A stretch of DNA of 63,709 bases, the filler included, from an uncultured Methanosarcinales archaeon (GTDB taxonomy: Archaea; Nanobdellota; Nanobdellia; Woesearchaeales; JAGLXL01): the NCBI GenBank assembly GCA_964472345.1. It is 3 parts of 3 records of this genome, joined end to end, with 100 filler letters (N's around TTAATTAATTAA, not from the genome) between each part and the next. Parts side by side here need not be neighbours in the genome. Positions count along the whole stretch, not along the records: positions 29,166 to 53,689 come from CAYYLB010000009.1; 2 more parts are not named here. The stretch is one strand, 5' to 3'. Below the pieces are notes generated by a model. That model saw nothing but the letters and a program-made list of their open reading frames with translations. It had not been told where the DNA came from and did not search any database. Positions 32,000-40,676 of this stretch are shown here, piece by piece (within the stretch, counting starts at the first letter, position 1; each line of letters starts with the position of its first letter). The translations under genes were made by a program, and so were the position numbers.

Positions 32000-32287
32000 A
32001 TGGAAGATATTGCTGTAATCAAGAAGCTTATCTTGCAAAAACTAATCCGTTCTAATATTTGGGGCGGCAAACATACACCTTTGGATTTTGTTAAGAAAGG
32101 TGTTCCGGAACACTACCGCCTCACACACAAAGGGATGCGCATGTTCGAACAGGTCATAAAAGAGCTGCTTAATGATGGATAGATATTTGTTATACCTAAA
32201 AGAACCGGCAAAGGCTCCAACGAGCATGTTTCGCTTAACCCAAGAAAAGTAAGTGAAATAAAGCAATTTTTGGAGCAAAGTTTATAA
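32000..32287 (+). pseudogene. Conserved small protein with internal TAG
   Basis: Frame continues 34 codons past TAG 32180-32182 (IFVIPKRTGKGSNEHVSLNP...). Confidence 0.65.
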
Positions 32288-32322
32288 ATAAGCCCGACTA
32301 ATCTAGGCTTAGGTTAGCTACA

Positions 32323-32559
32323 ATGGTACAGGCGCTCGTTGAAATCGATGAAACGACCAACCGTGCCCTGAATGTGATACGGGCGAAACACGGGCTGAAA
32401 GACAAAGGCGAAGCCATCCAGTATGTCGTTTACGAGCACATTGAAATGGCAAGCGAGCCTGAGCTGAAGCCTGAATTTATCAAAAAGATCGATAGAATCA
32501 GCAGGCAAAGGAGCATCAAGGTCGATGACTTTGCGAAGAGGTATGGTGTAACGCAGTGA
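32323..32559 (+). CDS. DUF2683-like antitoxin
   Basis: MVQALVEIDE.TNRALNVIRAKHGLKDK, EPELKPEF. Confidence 0.8.
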   Translation: MVQALVEIDETTNRALNVIRAKHGLKDKGEAIQYVVYEHIEMASEPELKPEFIKKIDRISRQRSIKVDDFAKRYGVTQ

Positions 32560-32573
32560 AACCAGGAGCCTGA

Positions 32574-32852
32574 ATGTACGACCTCGAAATAAAAGAGGAA
32601 GCAGATAAGATATTCAGGAAACTGGCAAAAAAGAATCAAAAACAGTTATCCATCCTTGATAAAAAAATCCGCGAAATCAGGGAGCGACCGTTCGGCTACA
32701 AGTGGCTCAGAAAGCCGCTTCAGGGCTTTAACCGGGTCCACATCGACAGCAGTTTTGTCCTTATCTTCAGGATTGACCACGCGCGGAGAACGGTGACCAT
32801 CTATTATTATGACCATCATGACTCGGTGTATAAATGGGTTCCGAAAGAATAA
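32574..32852 (+). CDS. RelE/YafQ-family toxin
   Basis: K.LRKPLQG..RVHIDSSFVLIF, YYDHHD.VY. Confidence 0.85.
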   Translation: MYDLEIKEEADKIFRKLAKKNQKQLSILDKKIREIRERPFGYKWLRKPLQGFNRVHIDSSFVLIFRIDHARRTVTIYYYDHHDSVYKWVPKE

Positions 32853-32914
32853 ATTTATTTTTCTTTGTCGATATTTTCATAGATAGGTTCGATGATGCAT
32901 TCGGCTATTTTCGG

Positions 32915-33553
32915 CTATTTGCCGTGAAGAAAACGTAACGATCCCTCCAGCAGCCCCTTCACCTTCCCGTACACCTCCTCCGGCGTCCCGCTTGCGTCAA
33001 CGCGCTTCAGAATGCCGCGCTTCTCGTACAGCGCAATCAGCGGAGCGGTCTGCTCGCGGAAGACGCGGAAGCGCTTCCGGACAATCTCGGGCCTGTCATC
33101 GTCACGCGTCACCAGCTTCACGCCGTGCGTGTCGCAGATGCCCTCGCGCTTCGGGCGGATGGTCTTCACGTGGTAGATCCCGCCGTCAACGGGGCAGACA
33201 CGCCTGCCGCTCAGGCGCTCCACCAGTGCGTCCTCTGACATCTCAAAGAGAACGACGTCATCGACATTCGTGAATGAGTCGAGCGCTTCCGCCTGGTTGA
33301 GGGTGCGCGGGTATCCATCGAAGACTGTGTTGTCCGCGATGCGCCGCTTCACGAGCTTGTTGGTGATCTCGTCGGGGACGAGCGTGCCGGCGTCGATCAG
33401 CGCCTTAATCTGCTTTCCGAGCGTGGTGCCGTTCCTGGCCTCCTCGCGGAAAAGGTTGCCCGGCGCAATCGTCGTGAAGCTGTACCCGCGCGCGAGGCGC
33501 GCCGCAATCGTGCCCTTGCCGGTTCCTGGAGCCCCTAAAAAGACGATGTTCAT
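32915..33553 (-). CDS. adk: Adenylate kinase (bacterial type, with LID)
   Basis: GAPGTGKGT, LVPDE, DGYPRT, RDDD. Confidence 0.95.
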   Translation of the reverse strand: MNIVFLGAPGTGKGTIAARLARGYSFTTIAPGNLFREEARNGTTLGKQIKALIDAGTLVPDEITNKLVKRRIADNTVFDGYPRTLNQAEALDSFTNVDDVVLFEMSEDALVERLSGRRVCPVDGGIYHVKTIRPKREGICDTHGVKLVTRDDDRPEIVRKRFRVFREQTAPLIALYEKRGILKRVDASGTPEEVYGKVKGLLEGSLRFLHGK

Positions 33554-33605
33554 GCGTGCGTGAGAGCGGGAGGGGGTATTTATGCTTTTTTGTCGGGATA
33601 GGAAA

Positions 33606-33708
33606 AGCCTCCGGAGGGACTTTCACGCTCATCCCCGAGGATGGTGGGTGTTGAACCCTCGGCCTGCGCATTACAAGTGCGCCGCTCTGGCCACTGAGCT
33701 ACGGAGGC
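33606..33708 (-). tRNA. tRNA-Thr(TGT) with a 30-nt intron in the T loop
   Basis: Acceptor GCCTCCG/CGGAGGC, anticodon arm GCGCA-CTTGTAA-TGCGC, T stem GAGGG/CCCTC; removing 30 nt gives 73 nt; CCA not encoded. Confidence 0.92.
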
Positions 33709-33777
33709 GTGCATGCCCCAACAGCCGAGCGCTTCAAAAAGGTTTCGGTCATTCGGCTTTATTGAAAAGTTCTCGCT

Positions 33778-34416
33778 CTACGTCTCGGGAGCCTGGTGCG
33801 TCGAATAGGCAAGCGAGGGGAAGAAGAGCTCGACCTCCTCATAGGGCAGGTAGCGCTTGAGGCGGAACCACTGCTTGATGAAGTTCTGCACCACATACGC
33901 TTCGCGGTAGAGCTCGCGGCGGTGCTCCTCGTACAGGTCCTTCTGCCAGATGCGCTCCGGGAAGATCTTGTTGAAGTGCCTTATGATGGGGTGATGGGAC
34001 CATTGCCCTTGATAATCAAGCTCGATGAGTGCAGTGATCCAGACCTCGACCTCGCCCTTGTAGATATCTTTCTTGAACTTCTTCCCTTCGCGCACGACTT
34101 CCGTCGGGACGAGATAGAGGTAGTGGAAGTCAAGGTCAATATGGTATTTGTAGTATGAGTTACCTGTCGGAATCTTCTGCCAGCGCCAGCGGTTCCAGAG
34201 CTCCTTGTCGCCGAACAGGCCGACCTTTTCGAAGTAGAGGGTTTCGTAGTGGTCAAACTGGTCTTCCATGTCCTTCCAGTCGTATTCAAGCGACCACTCG
34301 TGCAGCGCCCGGTAGAACTCCTTGACGTTGAAGATGTCCTTCCACTTGACGCGGAAGCGTGCTGCCTGGATGCAGCGCTTGTAGGCTTCGTCGTGGTTTG
34401 AAGGGAAGACAGGCAT
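33778..34416 (-). CDS. Conserved hypothetical protein
   Basis: Aromatic-rich 212 aa ORF; TATA box at about 34440. Confidence 0.75.
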   Translation of the reverse strand: MPVFPSNHDEAYKRCIQAARFRVKWKDIFNVKEFYRALHEWSLEYDWKDMEDQFDHYETLYFEKVGLFGDKELWNRWRWQKIPTGNSYYKYHIDLDFHYLYLVPTEVVREGKKFKKDIYKGEVEVWITALIELDYQGQWSHHPIIRHFNKIFPERIWQKDLYEEHRRELYREAYVVQNFIKQWFRLKRYLPYEEVELFFPSLAYSTHQAPET

Positions 34417-34461
34417 CCTTCCGAAGAAAGAAAGCGTGTTTATAAGCGTTGCGAGAGCTGC

Positions 34462-34827
34462 GGCTACATCCCAAAATTCGGCGGGCGCGGCGTCCGGTGC
34501 CGCTGCGCCGACATGCACGAGCCGCGGCGAGTGCTGGCTTGCCACTGCCCCGCCGACGTGTCGGACGTGACCGTATTGTTGTCACGTACGATATTCGAAG
34601 GACACGCAGTTTTGTATGCTGAGACGTGTCCTTCGTTATGCTCCGCAGAAGGTTGCCGAGGCTTTGCCGAGCGCAACGAGCGAACGAAGCGCAGCGAAGT
34701 GAACGTGAAGCGAAGCGACCTGAGCCGAGCTGCACGCGAGGCGAAGCGGAGGGGTGGACCGCGGGGCTCCGCAGCGGCACGAAAAAGGATGCCGCGCCCG
34801 CTCGCCTGCTTTTTTTGGGATGTAACC
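34462..34827. mobile_element. MITE, 366 bp
   Basis: TIR GG(C/T)TACATCCCAAAA; exact 9-bp TSD GAGAGCTGC at 34453-34461 and 34828-34836; internal GCGAAGCG repeats. Confidence 0.88.
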
Positions 34828-35021
34828 GAGAGCTGCGCGCGACTGCAGCCAGGGTACGCACCCCTGCGGCAGGACAGGCCGCCTCCACTTCTGTGGACAG
34901 CTCCTTCCTCCACTACCCTCAGTCAACACCAGCAGATCTAGCGCCTCTCCCGGCTGGCAGAGGCGCCCGTTGGTGCTCCGTCAGGGCCTGCGGTGCCGGG
35001 AACGCCTGTTCGGATAGGCTC

Positions 35022-35222
35022 CTAGTGCGCCCGCTTTCCGTCCCATGGATCGCTGTACCTGCTGAAGTCAAGCCGGGGGATCCTCACGATGACTTTTGTG
35101 CCGTTCCGGCCGATGAAGGTGAGCACGCTCTCCCCTTCATCGAATGCCTTTTTGACACGTGCCATGATCTCCGTCTCCGTGATGTCGACATCATCCAGGC
35201 CAAAGAGCTCACGGAGCGCCAT
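35022..35222 (-). CDS. Small hypothetical protein
   Basis: 66 aa ORF divergent from the Lrp gene. Confidence 0.65.
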   Translation of the reverse strand: MALRELFGLDDVDITETEIMARVKKAFDEGESVLTFIGRNGTKVIVRIPRLDFSRYSDPWDGKRAH

Positions 35223-35356
35223 CGGTCTTTTGGGGGCTTGGTATCATATTAATCTTTCCCCCATTTTTCTGAATTTTATCTCTTTTTTTGAGTAAAATTT
35301 AAATATTTGTTTACCATTTTGCAAAAATATGAAGAAAGTGATGAGGTGCTCTCCCT

Positions 35357-35806
35357 TTGGAGCTTGACGCGGTTGACCTCGGCCTCATCCAGGCGCTGGG
35401 CGAGCGCAGCAGGCTCTCCTACCGCGAGCTCGCGAAGCAGGTGGGTGTTTCCGTCGCGACGGCGCTCAACCGGGTGCGGCGGCTCGAGCAGGAAGGCGTC
35501 ATCCGCGCCTCCACCATCAGGCTTGACTACGAGAAGCTCGGCTATGATGTCGGCGTCCTGGTCCAGGTGCGCGTTTCCAAGGGAAAGCTTTTCGCAGTAG
35601 AGAAGAAGATCGCCGCGGATCCGCATGTCACCGCGCTGTATGATATCACCGGATCGTTCGATGCGATGGTCGTCGCGCGCTTCAAGTCCCGCCGCTCCCT
35701 GGATGCGTTCCTCAAGAAGGTCCAAGGCTACGAATTCGTCGAGCGTACGGAGACGATGCTGATCCTCAACGAGATGGCCGAGAAGCACGTGCGGCTGGTG
35801 CCGTGA
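35357..35806 (+). CDS. Lrp/AsnC transcriptional regulator
   Basis: LD.VD..LI..L...SR.SYRELAK.VGVS; YDITGSFD. Confidence 0.95.
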   Translation: MELDAVDLGLIQALGERSRLSYRELAKQVGVSVATALNRVRRLEQEGVIRASTIRLDYEKLGYDVGVLVQVRVSKGKLFAVEKKIAADPHVTALYDITGSFDAMVVARFKSRRSLDAFLKKVQGYEFVERTETMLILNEMAEKHVRLVP

Positions 35807-35862
35807 GCCCTGCCGAATGGCAAGAAACACCGCCGGCGGCACACGCAGCACACCTTACAGTG

Positions 35863-36948
35863 TCACCCAAACGTGAACGTGTATGCCATCAATCCCGGCT
35901 GTTGGGTGCTGATGGTAAGGGAGTGCATGCCATATTCCTCCCCTGAGACGATCGGATAGAGGTCGAACGTTCCAATCGTGATGTCCTGCAGCTTCTTCCC
36001 GTCGGCCGTGACGGTGATTTCGACAGGCTGTGAAGCGCCGGCGACGATGTTCACCGTGCGCGCATAATAATCAAGGCGGATGGCTCCTGTGCCGCTGAGC
36101 AGCTCCATGTTGTCCGGGTTGTTCTTCCAAACCCCCTGCAGGTAAAACTTGTTGCGGGCGATGAGCGGCGGGAGGCGGTAGGCGACTGCCTTTTCCGGCT
36201 GCCAGCCCTCCGCGTTGCCGAGCTGCTCGCGCGAGAAGCCGTATCCGAAGTAAATCTCAGGCGTGCCGATCTGGCGGTAATCGAACGGCTCGTGGACATC
36301 GGGCTCGACAACGTCCGGCTCAAGCGCGGCTGTCTGCTGCAGCGCCTCGTTGCGCTCCTCGAGCAGCCCGCGGATCTGCTGCTCAGTCTCCATGTACGCG
36401 CCTTCGCCGATGTGGTCGTAGCGGATGTAGCCCTCGCGGTCAATGAGATACTTGTGCGGCCAGTAGCGGTTGCTGAAGGCGCGCCAGGTCGCGTAATCAT
36501 TGTCCTGCACGACGGGATAGGTGATGCCATATTTTTCGATGGCAGCGAGCACGTTCCCAGCATCCTTCTCAAACTCAAACTCAGGTGTGTGGACGCCGAG
36601 GATCACAAGGCCGTCGTCGCGGTAGCTCTTGTCCCAGGCAATGAGGTAGGGCAGGGTGCGGATGCAGTTGATGCAGGTGTAGGTCCAGAAATCGACCAGC
36701 ACAACCTTGCCGCGCAGATCGGTGAGCTTCAGCCCCTCTTCTGCGCCGTTCAGGTAGCCGGCGATGCCTGCAAGCTCAGGAGCCAGGGGATACTGCCCTT
36801 CTTTCAGCGAGGCTGATGAGGTCTGCCCGGGCTCCGCCCCTGCTGCCGGCGCGGCGCGCATCCGCTCAAGCAGCACGATTGCGGCGATGATGAGCAGCAC
36901 CACACCTGCAAGAGCTGCTATCCTCAGTGCCCTCTTCGCGGCGCTCAT
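35863..36948 (-). CDS. Membrane-anchored thioredoxin (DipZ C-terminal-like)
   Basis: VLVDFWTYTCINCIRT, GVHTPEF, YWP, TPE.Y.G, AYTFTFG. Confidence 0.92.
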   Translation of the reverse strand: MSAAKRALRIAALAGVVLLIIAAIVLLERMRAAPAAGAEPGQTSSASLKEGQYPLAPELAGIAGYLNGAEEGLKLTDLRGKVVLVDFWTYTCINCIRTLPYLIAWDKSYRDDGLVILGVHTPEFEFEKDAGNVLAAIEKYGITYPVVQDNDYATWRAFSNRYWPHKYLIDREGYIRYDHIGEGAYMETEQQIRGLLEERNEALQQTAALEPDVVEPDVHEPFDYRQIGTPEIYFGYGFSREQLGNAEGWQPEKAVAYRLPPLIARNKFYLQGVWKNNPDNMELLSGTGAIRLDYYARTVNIVAGASQPVEITVTADGKKLQDITIGTFDLYPIVSGEEYGMHSLTISTQQPGLMAYTFTFG

Positions 36949-37706
36949 GGCGTTTCATCACGCAGCTTCGTGCGCACCGCGGTCGAGGCGAGATACGCCA
37001 GGAATGCGGGGATCAGCGGCAGGACGCAGGGGCTTAAGAATGAAACAATCCCTGCGAGGAAAGCAACCCCGAGGTTCAGCGACGTCGCGAGCCCTGCGGT
37101 CCCTGCATCGAGCGCAAGCAGGATGTTCGCGGCAAACGCCAGGTTCGCGACCCGCGCAAGCTGGCTGGTGAACACGAGGATGCCGAGCACGATCAGCACA
37201 ACGCCAAACGCAACATTCAGCCACTGCAGCCAGCGGTGCGGCGCGCCCAGCCACCGCTGCGCTTCGTTGGCGAACAGCCCCACCGCAAGGAACGGGATGC
37301 CAAGGCCGAGCGCATAGCTCAGCAGCATGAGGAACCCCATGCCCGGCTGCGTGGCTGCAAGCGTGAGGACCGCTCCCAGGACAGCGCCGACGCACGGCGT
37401 CCAGCCGACAGCGAATGCTGCGCCGAAGACGAATGAGGTCACATGCGCGGAGCTGAACTTCTGCCTGACGCTCAGCTTGTACTCCCGCTCAAGGAACTTC
37501 GGCCGGATCAGGCCGACAAGATAGAGCCCAAAGAGGATGATGACCACTCCCCCCACCCTGCCGAGCCAGCGCTGCACGGCGAATGAGACACCTGACAGGA
37601 CGCCCTGCAGCAGCACGCCGACAATGGCGAAGACGCTCGCGAATCCCAGCACGAAAAAGACGCTTGCGAGGAATGTTTTCCAGCGGCGCGGTTGGTGCGT
37701 TGCCAC
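36945..37706 (-). CDS. ccdA: CcdA/DsbD-type membrane electron transporter, circularly permuted
   Basis: GWTPCVG and SFLSPCVLP motifs; GTG start inferred from the TATA box at about 37730. Confidence 0.85.
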   Translation of the reverse strand: MATHQPRRWKTFLASVFFVLGFASVFAIVGVLLQGVLSGVSFAVQRWLGRVGGVVIILFGLYLVGLIRPKFLEREYKLSVRQKFSSAHVTSFVFGAAFAVGWTPCVGAVLGAVLTLAATQPGMGFLMLLSYALGLGIPFLAVGLFANEAQRWLGAPHRWLQWLNVAFGVVLIVLGILVFTSQLARVANLAFAANILLALDAGTAGLATSLNLGVAFLAGIVSFLSPCVLPLIPAFLAYLASTAVRTKLRDETP

Positions 37707-37750
37707 ACACCGGAACAGGGTGAAGGCGTTTAAATAGGTTTGCCTTCTGC

Positions 37751-37777
37751 GGCTCTGGAGAAAAAGTGGCCGCAGCC
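37751..37777. mobile_element. Solo end of the 19766 MITE family
   Basis: GGCTCTGGAGAAAAAGTGGCCGCAGC; no partner end found. Confidence 0.65.
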
Positions 37778-37953
37778 TCTTCGTTTCGCACCAACCCCCC
37801 GTGTTGCGAAAAACGTAAATAGCGGCAGTGCTGCACATGCCCATGACGCGAAGCCCCGACCACCGCCGCCTCATGGCAGTGCTGAACACGATGGCTGCGC
37901 AGGAGTTCCTGGCGCGGTTTGACTTTGATGTAAGGGGGGAGATGGTGATGTGA

Positions 37954-38652
37954 TCAGAGAATGCTCCACAGCAGGTCGAAATCCTTCCTGTAGCCATCGC
38001 AGACTTCTTTATTTTCTATTTTTGTGATGAACGGTTTTCCTTTCAGCACTTGGATTATCACCTTGTTTTCGAGGATGAATGTTGTCGCATAGTTTTCATA
38101 TCTCTTGGGGAGAAACTTCACCTTCATCTTCCTGAACTGTGCCAGGGGGGTTCTCTTCATCGAAGGGTTTGCAATCAGCCGCGCGTGCCGCGCCTCGATA
38201 TCCTTGATGATGTGCTTTGCGCTGTAGCGCAGGTGCTCAAAAATAAGGCCGGTTGCGTTGAGCACACGCAGCCCCTTCACGTTTCGCAAGAGCTCGTGGA
38301 TGACTTTCAAACCTTCAACTCCTTCATATACTTCCACGCTTCTCGCTGCAAACGGCTCCGGTCGGACGGCTTTGAGTTCGCTGATAAGCTCCTGTGCAAT
38401 CCGTTCCTGCTGAGAGAGGTGGGCGAGCAATGCTTCCGGATTGGCGCACTGGTAGGCGCGCCTGCCGTTTTTTGTCACGTAGGTGACGAGCCCCTTCTCC
38501 ACGAGCTGCTGCAGCACGTTGTAGGTGACGGTCCGGTTCGTTGCGGTTTCTTTTGCGAGCGTGTTTGCGGTCGCTTCCCCCTTTTTGATGAGGGATTCGT
38601 AGAGCACGGCTTCTTTGGCGGTGAGCCCCAGCTGCCGGAGTTTCTCGCGCAT
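37954..38652 (-). CDS. TrmB family transcriptional regulator
   Basis: LGLT.KEA.LY, RTVTY.VL..L.EKGLV, VEVYEGVEG. Confidence 0.9.
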   Translation of the reverse strand: MREKLRQLGLTAKEAVLYESLIKKGEATANTLAKETATNRTVTYNVLQQLVEKGLVTYVTKNGRRAYQCANPEALLAHLSQQERIAQELISELKAVRPEPFAARSVEVYEGVEGLKVIHELLRNVKGLRVLNATGLIFEHLRYSAKHIIKDIEARHARLIANPSMKRTPLAQFRKMKVKFLPKRYENYATTFILENKVIIQVLKGKPFITKIENKEVCDGYRKDFDLLWSIL

Positions 38653-38683
38653 CCTCTTCCGGGAACTGCGCTTGCTTATAAAT

Positions 38684-38704
38684 GTTGTCATTAAATGTGA
38701 CAAC
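38684..38704. promoter_or_regulatory. Palindromic operator between divergent genes
   Basis: GTTGTCA-N7-TGACAAC. Confidence 0.6.
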
Positions 38705-38771
38705 GAACCTTTTTATCTAAGACTGATTAACCACTTATAAGTAAATATCATTTTATGTGCTTCGGACGAAA

Positions 38772-39509
38772 ATGGAACCTGAAAACAGCTTCCGGGAAGA
38801 GCTCTTGGCCCTCTGTCGGAGCATCCGGATGGTCCAGCATCCATGGTTCCAGGGGATTGTCAATCGGACATTTAACCAAAAGCAGATAATCCAAGGAGAG
38901 CTCCAACATTACCTTCGAGTTCGACGAAATGCCGAAATTTTTGGCGCCATTGTCTCTAATGCTTCTAGGGAGAATGATTATCCAGCATTGGAAGTTGCAC
39001 TCGCCAACTACAGGGACGAAGTTTTAGGAGCGAAAAAACATGATGATTTACTCTATCAGTTTCTTGAGGCGCAAGGCATCGACAGAGCACTCGCTGACTC
39101 TGTAGAACCAACACCGGGGACGATGGCAGCTATTTCGATGTTGCTCCATGGGACAAAAAACATGTCTGCATTAGAAGGTATTGCGCTCATGTCCCTGCCA
39201 GAATATCAGAACGGCGGAGACAATGGGGTTGCTGCACAAGTCCATAAAGCGCTCACAGAATGGTATAGGTTCTCAGAATATGCTGCTGAAACATTTTGTG
39301 TTCATGCCAAAGAAGATGTAAAACACGGCGAGAGGCAAATTTCATTTCTCATGGAGAGATGCAGCCGTGATGAGTCACTAAGAGAAAAAATTCTTCGAGC
39401 AGCACGTTTTGGCGTAGTTGCATTTAATTATGAATGGGATGGTCATTATCAAGCAGCTACAGGCCAACTCCATACCCATTGGCAAGGTGGGCTTGATGCT
39501 TCCGAGTAG
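38772..39509 (+). CDS. PqqC/CADD/TenA-like heme-oxygenase-fold redox protein
   Basis: HPWF, N..DE......H, EYQ, F.VH..EDV.H di-metal pattern. Confidence 0.75.
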   Translation: MEPENSFREELLALCRSIRMVQHPWFQGIVNRTFNQKQIIQGELQHYLRVRRNAEIFGAIVSNASRENDYPALEVALANYRDEVLGAKKHDDLLYQFLEAQGIDRALADSVEPTPGTMAAISMLLHGTKNMSALEGIALMSLPEYQNGGDNGVAAQVHKALTEWYRFSEYAAETFCVHAKEDVKHGERQISFLMERCSRDESLREKILRAARFGVVAFNYEWDGHYQAATGQLHTHWQGGLDASE

Positions 39510-40620
39510 TCAAGCAGCATTTCGTATTATGCTAGCGAGAGAGGAAGGAGTTCCTACATTTGCTTTTGGTCATCAACAGGTATATTACGTTGCTACTAGG
39601 TTTGTTGATCAACTTAGAATTGAGGACAAAGACTTTAATGGTAGGGAGGATACATGGCGTAAAGTAAGGAATTTCTTAGACCAACATAGGGGAAGAACAG
39701 TAATTGGGTATATTGGATATGAAACTGTTCATCAAAATAGGGATATTGATTATGGTTCTACTTTTCCAATCGCGCATTTACTAGTGCCAGTTGATGTGGA
39801 GCGATTTGATACTTCAACAACACGTGAAGAGATATTATTTCCACATATTGAGCTAAGCAAATATGATAATGATCCAGAAAATAAAGAAAACTATCTTCGT
39901 GCAGTGCAGAAAGTTCTTTGTTGGATTGGTGAGCATAAGAAAAGGAAGTTAACTATTGCCCGAAAAGTACCTTTACCCCCTATTGATCTCTGGAAATCAT
40001 TTCAACAAGATCCTACAGATGAATATAGGCATTTTTCGTTTTACTACGGTGTTGGTGATATGGAATTTGCCGGACGTAGCCCTGAAATGACACTGTATCG
40101 CTCTCCTAATTTGGACGTGCTTGTTTGTGAGAAAGCATCTGGAACTTTTCCTCAAGGTAACAGCGAGCAGTTTGAAAAAGACCCGAAGAATGTGCATGAA
40201 CACCAGCTGTCGATTGATTCGTTAACTGGAAAATTGCGCGACGTTGCCCGCATTGATGGTATTTCAAGAGAGATTCGTGATTTTCCCCACTTACAGCACT
40301 TTGTGACTTCGTTTAGGTTGAAACCAAAAAAAACCCCACTTGAGGTTATGGAGGTGCTATTCCCCAAAGGAGCAGAGCCAGTTGAAGGAATCGAACTTGT
40401 TAGAAAATTGGAAGGTTTTTCCAGAGGGCCTTATTATGGCTTATTTTTTGCTCAACTGAGTGATGGCGAACTGCAGGTTTATCATATTTTAAGAAGCTTG
40501 TTTCGTGAAGGGGACCATCACTACACTATTTGTGGGGCAGGTATCACCGGTAATTCTGATCCCAATGGCGAGTTGCAAGAAACTGAACTGAAGTTGTCAA
40601 GCATTATTGCTCGGAAATAG
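39496..40620 (+). CDS. Chorismate-binding (MST) enzyme
   Basis: GYIGYE, SPE, SGT, DPKN..EH, LQH, RGPYYG, LRSLF, GAGI. Confidence 0.85.
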   Translation: MLPSSQAAFRIMLAREEGVPTFAFGHQQVYYVATRFVDQLRIEDKDFNGREDTWRKVRNFLDQHRGRTVIGYIGYETVHQNRDIDYGSTFPIAHLLVPVDVERFDTSTTREEILFPHIELSKYDNDPENKENYLRAVQKVLCWIGEHKKRKLTIARKVPLPPIDLWKSFQQDPTDEYRHFSFYYGVGDMEFAGRSPEMTLYRSPNLDVLVCEKASGTFPQGNSEQFEKDPKNVHEHQLSIDSLTGKLRDVARIDGISREIRDFPHLQHFVTSFRLKPKKTPLEVMEVLFPKGAEPVEGIELVRKLEGFSRGPYYGLFFAQLSDGELQVYHILRSLFREGDHHYTICGAGITGNSDPNGELQETELKLSSIIARK

Positions 40621-40676
40621 CTTCGCACTCGTTCCGACCCTATCTTTCTGAGCGAGGTAGCCTTGTCGTCCTCCCT

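Noticed and set aside
32180..32182. Amber recoding
   Set aside because: TAG is the normal stop of pan, tyrS and others in this window
34660..34760. CRISPR array
   Set aside because: Irregular short GCGAAGCG units inside a MITE; no repeat-spacer period and no cas genes
37707..37997. N-terminal extension of ccdA in the ORF track
   Set aside because: Crosses a TATA box and a MITE end; not protein-like
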